Positions 8,904 to 19,019 of a stretch of 64,000 nucleotides of DNA are shown here, in pieces. The notes under the pieces were generated by a model, which worked only from the letters and a program-made list of their open reading frames with translations, had not been told where the DNA came from and did no database searches. Position 1 is the first letter of the stretch, and every line of letters begins with the position of its first letter. Origin of the DNA: Cyanobacteriota bacterium (lineage in GTDB: Bacteria > Cyanobacteriota > Cyanobacteriia > PCC-6307 > Cyanobiaceae); the NCBI GenBank assembly GCA_046052125.1, contig JBJOMY010000005.1:192001-256000 (forward strand), read 5' to 3'. The position numbers were made by a program, and so were the translations under genes.

Positions 8904-10058
8904 ATGACCGAACAGCAACAGCTCCAGTGCACAGCGGTGCTTCCACCGGGCCTGGAGGAGTGCGGCGCAGCGGAGCTGAGCGAGCTGGGTGCCACCCAGG
9001 TGAAGCCCCTGCGCCGGGCCGTGGCCTTTCGCACCGATCTGGCCGGGTTCTACAGGCTGCAACTGCAGGCACGCCTGCCCTTCCGGCTGCTGCGGCAGCT
9101 GGCGGTGTTTCCCTGCCGCAACCGCGATGAGCTCTATGCAGGTGTGCAACAGGCCGCCGACTGGCACCAATGGCTAACGCCCGAGGTGAGCTTCCGGGTG
9201 GATGCCAGCGGCAGCCTGCCCGGCCTCAACCACAGCCACTACAGCGCCCTGCAGGTGAAAAACGCACTGGTGGACTGGCAGCGCCAGCAGTGGGGTGAGC
9301 GCTCATCAGTGGATCTGGAGGATCCCGACCTGCATCTGCATGTGCACCTGGGCGGCGCTCAGGTGCAGCTCAGCGTGGATGGCAGCGGTGAGAGCCTGCA
9401 CCGCCGCGGCTACCGGCCCCGCATGGGCCTGGCACCGCTGAAGGAAAACCTGGCGGCGGGGCTGATCCGGCTCACCGGCTGGGATGGGCACCGCCCCCTG
9501 GCCGATCCCCTCTGCGGCTCCGGAACGCTGCTGATCGAAGCGGCCTGCATGGCCCTCGGCCGCTCAGCGGGCCTCAATCACCGCTTTGCCCTGGAGCGCT
9601 GGCCCGACTTCAACGCTCAGCTCTGGAGCCAGGCGCTGGAGCAGGCCGGCGCCAGCAGCCGCAACCAGCTGGCCGATGGCAGCAGCCTGGCCCCCGTGCT
9701 CGGCCTGGAGCTGGATGGCGCAGTGGCTGAACAAGGCCAGGCAAATGCAGAAGCAGCGGGAGTGGGCAGTGCTGTGGCGATCCGCTGCGGCGATTTCCGC
9801 GACTTTCAGCCCCCCGCCGGACCGGGTGTGCTGGTGTGCAATCCCCCTTACGGCGAGCGGATCGGGGAGCGCGATGAGCTGGAGCAGCTCTATGGCGACC
9901 TGGGGCAGATGGTGAAAGAACGCTGCAGCGGCTGGGATTTCTGGCTCCTCAGCGGCAATCCCGAGCTCACAGGAGCCCTGCGGATGAAGGCCAGCCGGCG
10001 CATTCCCGTGAGCAATGGCGGCATTGATTGCCGCTGGCTGCACTACGCCGTCCGCTGA
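8904..10058 (+). CDS. THUMP-domain SAM-dependent RNA methyltransferase (RlmL-like)
   Basis: SLHRRGYR, APLKENLAA, DPLCGSGTLLIEA and NPPYGER motifs. Confidence 0.9.
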   Translation: MTEQQQLQCTAVLPPGLEECGAAELSELGATQVKPLRRAVAFRTDLAGFYRLQLQARLPFRLLRQLAVFPCRNRDELYAGVQQAADWHQWLTPEVSFRVDASGSLPGLNHSHYSALQVKNALVDWQRQQWGERSSVDLEDPDLHLHVHLGGAQVQLSVDGSGESLHRRGYRPRMGLAPLKENLAAGLIRLTGWDGHRPLADPLCGSGTLLIEAACMALGRSAGLNHRFALERWPDFNAQLWSQALEQAGASSRNQLADGSSLAPVLGLELDGAVAEQGQANAEAAGVGSAVAIRCGDFRDFQPPAGPGVLVCNPPYGERIGERDELEQLYGDLGQMVKERCSGWDFWLLSGNPELTGALRMKASRRIPVSNGGIDCRWLHYAVR

Positions 10059-10104
10059 GGCAGCAGCTCGCGTCCGAGAATTCCACAACCGCGCGCTGCC
10101 CGTG

Positions 10105-11457
10105 ATGCTCCCGACCCTTGGACTGCTGCTGGGCAGCACCGCAGGGGCAGCCGATCCCTCCTTGCAGGCCGTGCCGCTGGAAGCCCAAGTGCTGTTCATC
10201 GGCGTGGTGTTTCTCGGCACGTTGCTGGTGAGTCGCTTCTCGATTCGCATCGGCATCCCGGCAATCCTGGGCGTTCTGGCCCTGGGGCTGATGATCAACA
10301 TCCACGTACTGGATGTGGGCCATTCAGAAGTTGAAACACTGCACGTGTTTGCCCTGGCGCTCCTGCTGTTTTATGCAGGGTTGAAAACAGATATCCAATC
10401 GATCCGCGGCTTTCTTGAATACGGCTTACTCCTGGCCGTGGGCGGTGTTGTGATCTCGACGCTGATCCTCGGTGGAGCGATCTATTGGCTCGCGTCCAGC
10501 AACGGAGCAGGCCTGGCGCCCGGCCTGAGCGACACCATGCCACTCGGCGCCGCCTTTCTGATTGCGGCCTGCCTGGGCTCCACCGACGCGGGGGCAACGT
10601 TGAGCGTCTTACGGCAGGTGCGCCGGCAGGTGCCGGAGCGGGTTCGCCACCTGCTCGAATTCGAATCGTCGGTAAACGATCCAGCCGCACTGATCTTTTA
10701 CAGCATCTGCCTGAGTTTTTTCACAGTCACCAGCAGCGCGGGGCCCTCGATCAATTCGATGGCACTGAGCGCCTCCAGTGAGCTGCTCCAGATGCTGGGA
10801 TCAGGCCTGCTGGTGGGCATTGGCTTTGGCTACATCGCCAAGGTGGTGATCAACCGCTTTGTCGTCGACAAAGAGCAGCTGCTGGTGGTGGCGATGTCGA
10901 TCGCCTTTATGGATTACGGAGCCACCCATTTCCTTGGGGGCTCTGGCTTTGTGGCGGTGTATGTGACGGGCGTGTTCATGGCCAACCTCCGCTACCAGGA
11001 CGAGCAAATCAACCACCAGAGCATTCAGGAGGTGTTGCTGCCGTTCAACACAATGACCGAAATCAGCATCTTTTTGCTGTTCGGTTTGTTGGTAAACCCG
11101 GCCGACCTGGTACCCAGCCTGCCGGCGGGGATCGCCACCGCCGCCGTGCTGATGCTGCTCGCCAGGCCGATCAGCGTGCTCTGCTTTCAGCGCTTTTCGC
11201 CCTTCAACCGCAACGACTCAACCCTGATCGCCTGGTGCGGGCTGCGGGGTGCTGTGCCCTTGGCGTTGTCGTTCAACCTGGCCAACACGATCCCGGAGTT
11301 GAGGGGGCTCACTCCCGAGCTGGCAGCTCAGCTGGCGCAGAACAGCCAGAGCATCGTGTTCATCGCCGTGATCCTCAACCTGCTGCTGCAGGGCCTCTCG
11401 CTGCCGCCGGTGTGCCGCTGGCTCAACGGCCAACAATCGCCCGGGTTGTCTTCGTGA
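10105..11457 (+). CDS. Cation/proton antiporter (CPA1, NhaP2/CvrA-like)
   Basis: Multiple TM segments; STDAGA, LEFESSVNDPAA and GLRGAVPLAL motifs. Confidence 0.88.
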   Translation: MLPTLGLLLGSTAGAADPSLQAVPLEAQVLFIGVVFLGTLLVSRFSIRIGIPAILGVLALGLMINIHVLDVGHSEVETLHVFALALLLFYAGLKTDIQSIRGFLEYGLLLAVGGVVISTLILGGAIYWLASSNGAGLAPGLSDTMPLGAAFLIAACLGSTDAGATLSVLRQVRRQVPERVRHLLEFESSVNDPAALIFYSICLSFFTVTSSAGPSINSMALSASSELLQMLGSGLLVGIGFGYIAKVVINRFVVDKEQLLVVAMSIAFMDYGATHFLGGSGFVAVYVTGVFMANLRYQDEQINHQSIQEVLLPFNTMTEISIFLLFGLLVNPADLVPSLPAGIATAAVLMLLARPISVLCFQRFSPFNRNDSTLIAWCGLRGAVPLALSFNLANTIPELRGLTPELAAQLAQNSQSIVFIAVILNLLLQGLSLPPVCRWLNGQQSPGLSS

Positions 11458-11824
11458 GGCCAGCCATCGTTTCGGGCAGGTAAGGCCCTTTGGTGAGCTG
11501 ACCGCCGATGCGCAGCAGCACACCGCTGAACACCAGGTTGAACACCGCGAAGGCGAGCACCGCGGAGATCCAGGTCCACCCCTTCAGCAGCACCAGCCAG
11601 AGCAGCAGCGCCAGCTCAGCCGCGAACACTGCCGCGAGCAGAGCGGCGAGCCCTCCACCGAGGAGCACCGCCCCAACAATCAAGCGGCGCTTTTCGCGAT
11701 CCACCTCCTTGAGGGCGATGCGCACATGCAGATCCATCACGGAGGTCACCAGGCCGGTGACCCGGGAGGCCGCTTCCAGCGGTAGTCCCCGCCGGCGCTC
11801 CTGATTCGGGCTGCTCTCCGTCAT
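11423..11824 (-). CDS. YqjE-like ('phage holin family') two-TM membrane protein
   Basis: MDLHVRIALKE followed by two TM helices and LPET; coupled to the upstream gene by an ATGA overlap. Confidence 0.75.
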   Translation of the reverse strand: MTESSPNQERRRGLPLEAASRVTGLVTSVMDLHVRIALKEVDREKRRLIVGAVLLGGGLAALLAAVFAAELALLLWLVLLKGWTWISAVLAFAVFNLVFSGVLLRIGGQLTKGPYLPETMAGLTKTTRAIVGR

Positions 11825-12294
11825 GCCGAACGCCGGCCCGAAGCCAGCAGCAAGCCCACCAGCACGCCCACGCCGGCCGCCACGCCGAGGGCCATCAGTG
11901 GCCGCTCGCGCACCGGTTTCTCAATGCGGGGGCGCAGGCTGGCGTTGAGGTCATCGAGCAGTTGTTCAAGCTGCTGCTCGAGGGGCCGCAGCGAGTCGGC
12001 CAGCTGATGGGCCTGATCGCCAGTCACCTGCACCAAATCGAGCAGCTGCTGTTTCACCCCCTCACTGGTGCGACCGGTCTGCCGGGCGATCACCTCCACC
12101 ACGGTGTCGAAGCTGCCGCGGGTGGCCTCGAGGGTGTGGCGCGCCACCTCCGGCCACTCGCGCTGGATCGAGGGCAGCAGGGTTTCAAAGTGATCCCGGA
12201 ACTGGCTGGAAAACTGGGAACTCGTGGCCGACTCTGCGGCTGGAGTCTGGGCTTCAGCGTCAGCGGAGGTCTCGCCGGGCGGGTGCGGGTCCAT
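11821..12294 (-). CDS. YqjD/ElaB-like (DUF883) tail-anchored protein
   Basis: C-terminal VRERPLMALGVAAGVGVLVGLLL...RR. Confidence 0.8.
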   Translation of the reverse strand: MDPHPPGETSADAEAQTPAAESATSSQFSSQFRDHFETLLPSIQREWPEVARHTLEATRGSFDTVVEVIARQTGRTSEGVKQQLLDLVQVTGDQAHQLADSLRPLEQQLEQLLDDLNASLRPRIEKPVRERPLMALGVAAGVGVLVGLLLASGRRSA

Positions 12295-12398
12295 GGCGAT
12301 CGAGGCAGATGGCCTGCGGTGCTGCGCCCAAGGTAAGGACAGTCTGTTGAAAACGTCACGGGTTCGGCTACCTTGCAGCTGCTCGGCGCTCGGGCCTG

Positions 12399-15300
12399 TT
12401 GGTTCACATCAATCAGGTTGAGCTGACGCACTTCAAGTCGTTCGGGGGGTCGATGACCATCCCCCTCGAGCAAGGCTTCACGGTGGTCACAGGCCCGAAC
12501 GGCTCGGGCAAGAGCAACATCCTTGACGGCGTTCTGTTCTGCCTGGGCCTGGCGAGCAGCCGTGGCATGCGGGCTGAGCGCCTGCCGGATCTGGTGAACA
12601 GCTCCATGCTCAAACAGGGCAAGGCGGCTGAAACCGTGGTGTCGGTGCGCTTCGACCTGAGCGACTGGCAACCCGACGAGGCGGAAGCCGGCCTCGAACC
12701 AGCGGAAGACGGCCCCTGGATCCAACCCGGCCAGCAGAACTGGACGGTGACGCGCCGGCTGCGCATCGCCCCCGGCGGCACCTACGCCAGCATTTACAGC
12801 GCCGATGGCGTGGCCTGCAACCTGCAACAGCTACAAACCCAGCTGCGGCGCCTGCGAGTAGATCCCGAGGGCAGCAACGTGGTGATGCAGGGCGACGTAA
12901 CCCGCATCGTTTCGATGAGTGCCCGGGAGCGGCGCGGGATCATCGATGAGCTGGCCGGTGTGGCCCTGTTCGATTCCCGCATCGAACAAACCCGCAGCAA
13001 GCTCACCGAAGTGCAGGAGCGCGAGGAGCGCTGCGCGATCGTGCAGCAGGAGCTGCTGGTGTCGCGCCAGAAGCTGGAGCGCGACTGCGCCAAGGCCCGC
13101 ACTTACCAAGACCTGCGCGAGCGCTTCCAGCGGGGCCGCCTGCAGGAGCAGCTGCTCAGCTTCGAGCAGGCCCAGGAGCAACAGCGGCAGCTCCTCAGCC
13201 GCCAGGACGCGCTCGGGCGCCAGCAGCAGAGCGATCGGCAGACCATCGCTGAAGCCAAAACCAGCCTCGAGCAATCCGCCAAGGCGCTCGAAGCGCTGCA
13301 AGCCGAGGTGAAGGCCCTGGGGGAAGACAGCCTGCTGGCGGTGCAATCGGAGCTGGCGGGCCTAGAGGCCAGCGGCCGGGAGCTGGCCCGCCAAGCCGAG
13401 AAACATCAACAGAGCGCTGAAGAACTGCAGCGCCAGCGTCAGGAACTGGCCCGCCAACAGGGAGAGCTGCGCCAGCAGCAGAGCCAGCTGGCCGCCCCAG
13501 ACGATGACGCCGCCCTCGAGCAAGCCGAAACCAGCTGCCGCAGCGCCGAAGCCGCCGTGGAGCTCTCGCGCCGCCGGCTCGGCGAGGTAGCGGGCCGCAG
13601 CGGCAGCTGGATGGAGGAGCAGAAGCAGCGCAGCCAGCGGCGCCAGGAGCTCCAGAGCCAGCTCTCCCCCCTGCAGGCGGAGCAGCAGCAACTGGTGGAG
13701 CGCCTGCGCCAGGAGCAGGAGCGGCTGGCTGAGCTGCAACAGCAACTGGCCGATGAGGCCGCCAGCAGCGATGGGGTGGCCAACTCCCTGGGGCAGCTGG
13801 AAACCGAATGGCAGCAACTGCTCCAAGACCTGCAGAGCCAACAAAGCCGAGCCCAGGAACTGGCTGAGGCCCTGGCGCTGCAACAGCGCACCCGCCAACG
13901 GCTCGAGCAAGAGCAGGTGAACCTGGAGCGGGAGATCGCCCGGCTGGAATCCCGGCGCGAAACCCTGCAGGAAAGCCGCGGCACCGGTGCCCTGCGCCTG
14001 CTCCTGGAGGCCGGCCTCGACGGCATCCACGGCCCGGTGGCCCAGCTGGGAGAGGTGGAGGAACTGCACCGGCTTGCTCTGGAGGTGGCCGCCGGCGCCC
14101 GCTTGGGCCAGGTGGTGGTGGATGACGACCGCATCGCCGCCCGCGCCATCGAGCTGCTCAAGAGCCGCCGGGCCGGGCGCCTCACCTTCCTGCCGCTCAA
14201 CAAGATCCGTGGGGGCGCCGGCGGGCCCGGCAACAGCGCAGCCCTGCAGCGGGGCGGCGGCAGCACTGGCGCTGATGGCTTGGTGGGCCGGGCGGTGGAG
14301 CTGGTGCGCTTCGAGCCGGTTTATGGCGAGGTGTTCCGCTACGTGTTCGGCGACACGCTGGTGTTCCGCGATCTGGCCAGCGCCCGGCGCGAGTTGGGCC
14401 GCTGCCGCGCCGTGACCCTCGATGGCGAACTGCTCGAAAAGAGCGGTGCCATGACCGGCGGCAGCCTCCAACAGCGGGGCAACCAGCTCAGCTTCGGTGC
14501 CGCCAGCGATGCCGATGAAGCCGAGCCCCTGCGCCGGCGCTTGCTGGAGCTGGGAGAAACCCTGGCCGCCAGCCGCCGCAAGGAAGCCGAGCTGGGCCGC
14601 CAACTCGAGGAGCTGCGCCCCCAGCTCAGCAGGCTCGAACAGCGCCGCGCCGCCCTTGAGGCCGAACGCAGCGCCGCCCAGCGCGCCAGCGGGCCCTTGC
14701 AGCAACGCCGTGAGCAGCTGCTCAGCCGCATCAGCCAAATCGAAGCGGATCTGGGCTCCGGCCAACAACGGCTGCAAACCCTCGCCGCGGAGCTGGTGCC
14801 TCTGCAGCAGAGCCTGCAGGAGCTGGAAACCCAGGAAGCCAGCTCCCAGGCCAGCGGAGATAGCGAGCGCTGGCAAGGCCTGCAGCAGGAACTCGAGGCC
14901 GCCGACGCCGCCCTCACCGCCGCCCGCAACCAGCGCGATGGCCTGCTCGCCGCTCGCCGCGAACGGGGGCTGGCGGCGGAACGGGTGGCCAGTCAGCTGC
15001 AAGCCCTCACGGGCGAAGAGCAACGGCTGGTGCAGGCCGTGAATGCTCTGGTGGCCGAGCGGGCCGCCTGGAAAGAGCAGCAGCAGGCCGATCAGAGCAA
15101 ACGCGCCGAGCTCGAAGCCCGCCAGCAGGAACTGCAGGAGCGCTTCGGTGAGCGCCGCCGCGCCCGCGATGAAGCCGAGGCCCAGCTCTCGCTGCAGCGC
15201 CAGAGCCTGCAGCAGAAGGAATGGGAGCTGCAACGCCTGGGCGAAGAGCTCGAGGCGCTCGCGGAGCAGCAGCGCAGTGGTGCGCTCCGGCTGGAGCAGC

Positions 15301-16004
15301 TGCAGCGGGAACTGCCCGATCCCCTGCCGGAGATTCCCGAGGAGGTGCGCGAGAACGGCCTGGAGGCCCTGCAGGCCGAGCTCAAGAGCCTGCAGGCGCG
15401 CATGGAGGCCCTGGAGCCGGTGAACATGCTGGCGCTCGAAGAGCTGGAAGAGCTGGAAACCCGCCTGGCGGATCTGCAGGAGCGGCTGGATGTGCTCTGC
15501 AAGGAGCGTGAAGAGCTGCTGCTGCGCATCGAAACCGTGGCCACCCTGCGCCAGGAGGCGTTCATGGAGGCGTTCAACGCCGTAGACGGTCACTTCCGCG
15601 AGATCTTTGCCGGCCTCTCCGATGGCGAAGGCCATTTGCAGCTGGAAAACACCGAGTCGCCGCTCGATGGCGGGCTGAGCCTGGTGGCCCACCCGAAGGG
15701 CAAAGCGGTGCGGCGCCTCGCCTCGATGAGCGGCGGCGAGAAGTCGCTCACGGCCCTGAGCTTCCTGTTTGCGCTGCAGCGCTTCCGCCCCTCGCCCTTC
15801 TATGCCCTCGACGAGGTGGACAGCTTCCTCGATGGGGTGAATGTGGAGCGCCTGGCTGCCCTGATTGCCCAGCAGGCGGAAGCCGCTCAGTTTCTGGTGG
15901 TGAGTCACCGCCGCCCGATGATCGGCGCCGCCACCCGCACCATCGGTGTAACCCAGGCCCGCGGCGCCCACACCCAGGTGGTGGGATTACCACCTGCAGC
16001 CTGA
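12399..16004 (+). CDS. smc: Chromosome segregation protein SMC
   Basis: FKSF, Walker A GPNGSGKS, long coiled coils, hinge (GRLTFLPL), signature MSGGEKS, Walker B LDEVD. Confidence 0.98.
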   Translation: MVHINQVELTHFKSFGGSMTIPLEQGFTVVTGPNGSGKSNILDGVLFCLGLASSRGMRAERLPDLVNSSMLKQGKAAETVVSVRFDLSDWQPDEAEAGLEPAEDGPWIQPGQQNWTVTRRLRIAPGGTYASIYSADGVACNLQQLQTQLRRLRVDPEGSNVVMQGDVTRIVSMSARERRGIIDELAGVALFDSRIEQTRSKLTEVQEREERCAIVQQELLVSRQKLERDCAKARTYQDLRERFQRGRLQEQLLSFEQAQEQQRQLLSRQDALGRQQQSDRQTIAEAKTSLEQSAKALEALQAEVKALGEDSLLAVQSELAGLEASGRELARQAEKHQQSAEELQRQRQELARQQGELRQQQSQLAAPDDDAALEQAETSCRSAEAAVELSRRRLGEVAGRSGSWMEEQKQRSQRRQELQSQLSPLQAEQQQLVERLRQEQERLAELQQQLADEAASSDGVANSLGQLETEWQQLLQDLQSQQSRAQELAEALALQQRTRQRLEQEQVNLEREIARLESRRETLQESRGTGALRLLLEAGLDGIHGPVAQLGEVEELHRLALEVAAGARLGQVVVDDDRIAARAIELLKSRRAGRLTFLPLNKIRGGAGGPGNSAALQRGGGSTGADGLVGRAVELVRFEPVYGEVFRYVFGDTLVFRDLASARRELGRCRAVTLDGELLEKSGAMTGGSLQQRGNQLSFGAASDADEAEPLRRRLLELGETLAASRRKEAELGRQLEELRPQLSRLEQRRAALEAERSAAQRASGPLQQRREQLLSRISQIEADLGSGQQRLQTLAAELVPLQQSLQELETQEASSQASGDSERWQGLQQELEAADAALTAARNQRDGLLAARRERGLAAERVASQLQALTGEEQRLVQAVNALVAERAAWKEQQQADQSKRAELEARQQELQERFGERRRARDEAEAQLSLQRQSLQQKEWELQRLGEELEALAEQQRSGALRLEQLQRELPDPLPEIPEEVRENGLEALQAELKSLQARMEALEPVNMLALEELEELETRLADLQERLDVLCKEREELLLRIETVATLRQEAFMEAFNAVDGHFREIFAGLSDGEGHLQLENTESPLDGGLSLVAHPKGKAVRRLASMSGGEKSLTALSFLFALQRFRPSPFYALDEVDSFLDGVNVERLAALIAQQAEAAQFLVVSHRRPMIGAATRTIGVTQARGAHTQVVGLPPAA

Positions 16005-16038
16005 AAACCAGGCCTTGCCATTCGGCCACAATGCGCCC

Positions 16039-16971
16039 ATGACAACCACCCCTCCCGGCAGCGACCCGACCGCCACCCCCAGCGATCGCCTCTGGCTGCG
16101 CTCGGAGCTGATGGGCACCCAGGTGATCACCCGCGACTCGGGCCGTCGCCTCGGCGTGGTGGGTGAAGTGGTGGTGGATATCGACCGGCGTGAAGTGGTG
16201 GCGCTGGGCCTGCGCGATAACCCCCTCACCCGCTTCCTGCCAGGGCTGCCGCGCTGGATGCCGCTGCAGAGCATCCGCCAGGTGGGCGATGTGATCTTGG
16301 TGGATTCGGCCGATTCCCTGGCCGAGGGCTTCAACCCGGATCGCTATTCAAAGGTGATCAACTGCCAGGTGGTGACCGAAGCAGGTGAGCAGCTCGGCAA
16401 GGTGCTCGGCTTCAGCTTCGACATCGAAACCGGCGAACTCACCTCCCTGGTGCTCGGGGCGCTCGGGATTCCGCTGCTGGGCGAAGGGGTGCTGAGCACC
16501 TGGGAGCTCACGGTGGAGGAAATCGTGAGCAGCGGCCCGGATCGGATCATCGTGTACGAGGGCGCGGAAGAGAAGCTCAAGCAGCTGGGCACCGGGCTGC
16601 TGGAGAAGCTCGGCGTGGGCGGCCCCAGCTGGGAGCAGGAGGAGCGCGAGCGCTACCGGCTCAACATGGTGCCGGTGGAAAACCAGTTGGCCGCCGGCCA
16701 GCCCAGCGTTCAGGAGCAGCAGCGCCGGATCGAACCGGCCACCAACCGCCGCTTTGAACCGGAAGAGGACTACGACTACGTGGAAGTGGAGCAGCGCCGC
16801 GAGCGCGAACCGCTGCGCCAGCGCCGCTACCTTGATGAGGAGCCCATGGATCCGCAGCCCCGCCGCGGCTACGAGCAGGAAGCGCCGCGCCGCCGCTATG
16901 TGCGCGACGAAGGGCCCCTGGATGTGGAGCCCATCGAAAGCCAAGCCCCCCGTGATGCCGACCGCTGGTAA
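16039..16971 (+). CDS. PRC-barrel domain protein (two PRC repeats and a charged tail)
   Basis: LMGTQVITRDSGRRLGVV and VINCQVVTEAGEQLGKV repeats. Confidence 0.85.
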   Translation: MTTTPPGSDPTATPSDRLWLRSELMGTQVITRDSGRRLGVVGEVVVDIDRREVVALGLRDNPLTRFLPGLPRWMPLQSIRQVGDVILVDSADSLAEGFNPDRYSKVINCQVVTEAGEQLGKVLGFSFDIETGELTSLVLGALGIPLLGEGVLSTWELTVEEIVSSGPDRIIVYEGAEEKLKQLGTGLLEKLGVGGPSWEQEERERYRLNMVPVENQLAAGQPSVQEQQRRIEPATNRRFEPEEDYDYVEVEQRREREPLRQRRYLDEEPMDPQPRRGYEQEAPRRRYVRDEGPLDVEPIESQAPRDADRW

Positions 16972-16989
16972 GCGCGGTCGGCCCTGCGA

Positions 16990-17397
16990 TCAGCCCTGAG
17001 CCGGCTCGAAATTGAGCGACGCGGAGTTCACGCAGTAACGCAGGCCCGTGGGGTTCGGGCCGTCGTTGAACACGTGCCCCAGGTGGGCATCGCAGTTGGC
17101 GCACTTGATCTCCGTGCGCACCATGCCGTGGCTGCGATCCTCAACGGTGGTGATCGCTTCCGGCTTCACCCCTTCCCAGAAGCTGGGCCAGCCGCTGCCG
17201 GAGTCGTATTTGGTGTTGGAGCTGAACAGCTCACTGCCGCAACACACGCAGCGGTACATCCCCTTGGCCTTGTTGTCCCAATAGATGCCGGTGAAGGCGC
17301 GCTCGGTGCCGCCCAGCCGGGCGACTTGGAACTGCTCGGGGGAGAGCTTGTCGCGCCACTGCTCGTTGTTGGAAGCGTTGGGCGTGGCGTCAGCCAT
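16990..17397 (-). CDS. msrB: Peptide-methionine (R)-S-oxide reductase
   Basis: [26 protein letters not shown] and RYCVNS motifs. Confidence 0.97.
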   Translation of the reverse strand: MADATPNASNNEQWRDKLSPEQFQVARLGGTERAFTGIYWDNKAKGMYRCVCCGSELFSSNTKYDSGSGWPSFWEGVKPEAITTVEDRSHGMVRTEIKCANCDAHLGHVFNDGPNPTGLRYCVNSASLNFEPAQG

Positions 17398-17422
17398 GGC
17401 AGGGATTCAGCGGATCCACAAG

Positions 17423-18706
17423 TTAGGGAGCCGGTAGGAGCTCCCGCACCATGGCCGCCAGGGCCGCCACGGCACCCGGCTGGCCGCGGAGGCTGCGCAG
17501 GTCATCGCGCATGCCCTCCAGGCGCGCTGGTTGATCCAACCAGTCGGCTGCTTCCGCTGCAATTTCCTGCGGGGTGATCGGCCCCACACGCTCGGGCACC
17601 ACCATCCGCCCCGCCGAAATATTGGGCCAGGCCAGGAACCCGTGGTGACGCATCCGCCAGGCGGTGAGTGCCATGCCCAGCAGCCGGCGCAACAGCGGCA
17701 GGCGCGCCAACAGGCCGATACCGCCATCCCAAGCCTGCATCACATGCAGGTGCTGGGTGGGCACCAACACAATCATCGGAATCCCCAGGGCTCCGAGCTC
17801 GGCGGTGTTCGCCCCCACGGTGGTTAGCGCCAGGCGGCACTGGCTGAGCACCCCATGGGCCGGCTGCTGTTCGATCAGCAGGATGCGTGTGCCCTTGGCG
17901 CTCACGAACTCAAGCCCTTGTTCACCCCGGTGCACGGATGGCTCACCTGCGCTGTAGTGGCGAGCGATCGGATTGGCCTCACTGGCGTAAGCCAACAGCT
18001 CCTGCACGCTGGTGGTGGGAGCCACCGGCAACAAAAACCTGCACTCGGGGCGCTGAGCTGCCAAGCGATCAGCGGTGTCGAGCAGGAACGGCACGCCCAC
18101 CTGCAACTTGGCGCGTTTCGAACCGGGCAACAGCGCCAACCAATCGCCGGCCGGCAGTGGCTGCTCGCTGCGCGCTGAGTCCGAGAGATCCGCCATCAGA
18201 TCGCCCACCACCTCGCAGCGGCTGCGCCAACGGCTGCTCAGGCGATCGGCCGCTGCGGGCCCCATGGCAGCAATGCGGTCGTTCCAGCGGGGCCAGCGAG
18301 CCACCCACTCGGCATAGGTGATGTGCCGGTAGCCAAGACGCGCTGAAAGCAGCACCGTCCAGAACTGATCGCCCCCTAGAAACACCACCACACCCCGGCG
18401 CGGCCAGGGGCCGTAGCGCCGCGGGCGCAGCAGCAGCCACCAGAAGCGAGCGGCCGGAATGATCCGCTCAAACAGACCCATGCCCGCGGCCACCCGGTGC
18501 TCTGTGCCGGTGGCATTGGGACAGGGCACCAACACCAGCTGCAGACCTGTGGCTGCACCCGTCTGAGACGGGCGCAGCGGCAATTCACTGCTCAGGCGTT
18601 GGGCCAATGGGCGGACCCAGGTGCTCAGCTCACCGGGGCCGTTGCACACGAGAACGATCGCGGCCTGCTCTGTGCCCGAATCGTTGGAAGGAGGGCAGCT
18701 CAGCAC
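17423..18706 (-). CDS. Lipid-A-disaccharide synthase (LpxB)-related glycosyltransferase
   Basis: NGPGEL, GGDQ, LLPGSK and GANTAELG motifs. Confidence 0.8.
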   Translation of the reverse strand: MLSCPPSNDSGTEQAAIVLVCNGPGELSTWVRPLAQRLSSELPLRPSQTGAATGLQLVLVPCPNATGTEHRVAAGMGLFERIIPAARFWWLLLRPRRYGPWPRRGVVVFLGGDQFWTVLLSARLGYRHITYAEWVARWPRWNDRIAAMGPAAADRLSSRWRSRCEVVGDLMADLSDSARSEQPLPAGDWLALLPGSKRAKLQVGVPFLLDTADRLAAQRPECRFLLPVAPTTSVQELLAYASEANPIARHYSAGEPSVHRGEQGLEFVSAKGTRILLIEQQPAHGVLSQCRLALTTVGANTAELGALGIPMIVLVPTQHLHVMQAWDGGIGLLARLPLLRRLLGMALTAWRMRHHGFLAWPNISAGRMVVPERVGPITPQEIAAEAADWLDQPARLEGMRDDLRSLRGQPGAVAALAAMVRELLPAP

Positions 18707-18723
18707 CGGAGAGCAGCCAAGAA

Positions 18724-18805
18724 TGCGGATGGCGAGACTTGAACTCGCAAGACCGAAGTCACACGCCCCTCAAACGTGCGTGTCTACCAATTCCACCACA
18801 TCCGC
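18724..18805 (-). tRNA. tRNA-Leu(GAG)
   Basis: Acceptor stem GCGGATG/CATCCGC; anticodon loop TTGAGGG; long variable arm; GAGTTCAAGTC T-arm. Confidence 0.96.
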
Positions 18806-19019
18806 GTGGTTGTGAGCTGAGCAACGCCAGGCGCGCTTCACTCGGGTTGGGGTCGTCTACAAGCGTTTGGCCGCAAGGGCGTTGGCTGCAGGCGTGAGGG
18901 ATTGCGGTGCCTGAGCTCCGCCCCGGAACTATACCCATCAGCCCGGCGCAAATCTGCCTGGTCAGCACTGATACAGTCCCCAGTGGCCTGCGCTGCCGGA
19001 TCTGCCGGCCTGCCACTGG

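Noticed and set aside
11423..11824. 'Phage holin family' protein as evidence of a prophage
   Set aside because: Paired with a YqjD-like gene among housekeeping genes; no phage genes in the window.
13362..15971. 869-aa ORF antisense to smc, and similar long ORFs opposite accC, pgm, cysH/coaX and the RND permease
   Set aside because: Shadow frames expected from high-GC codon bias; no recognisable motifs, and each overlaps a clearly identified gene.
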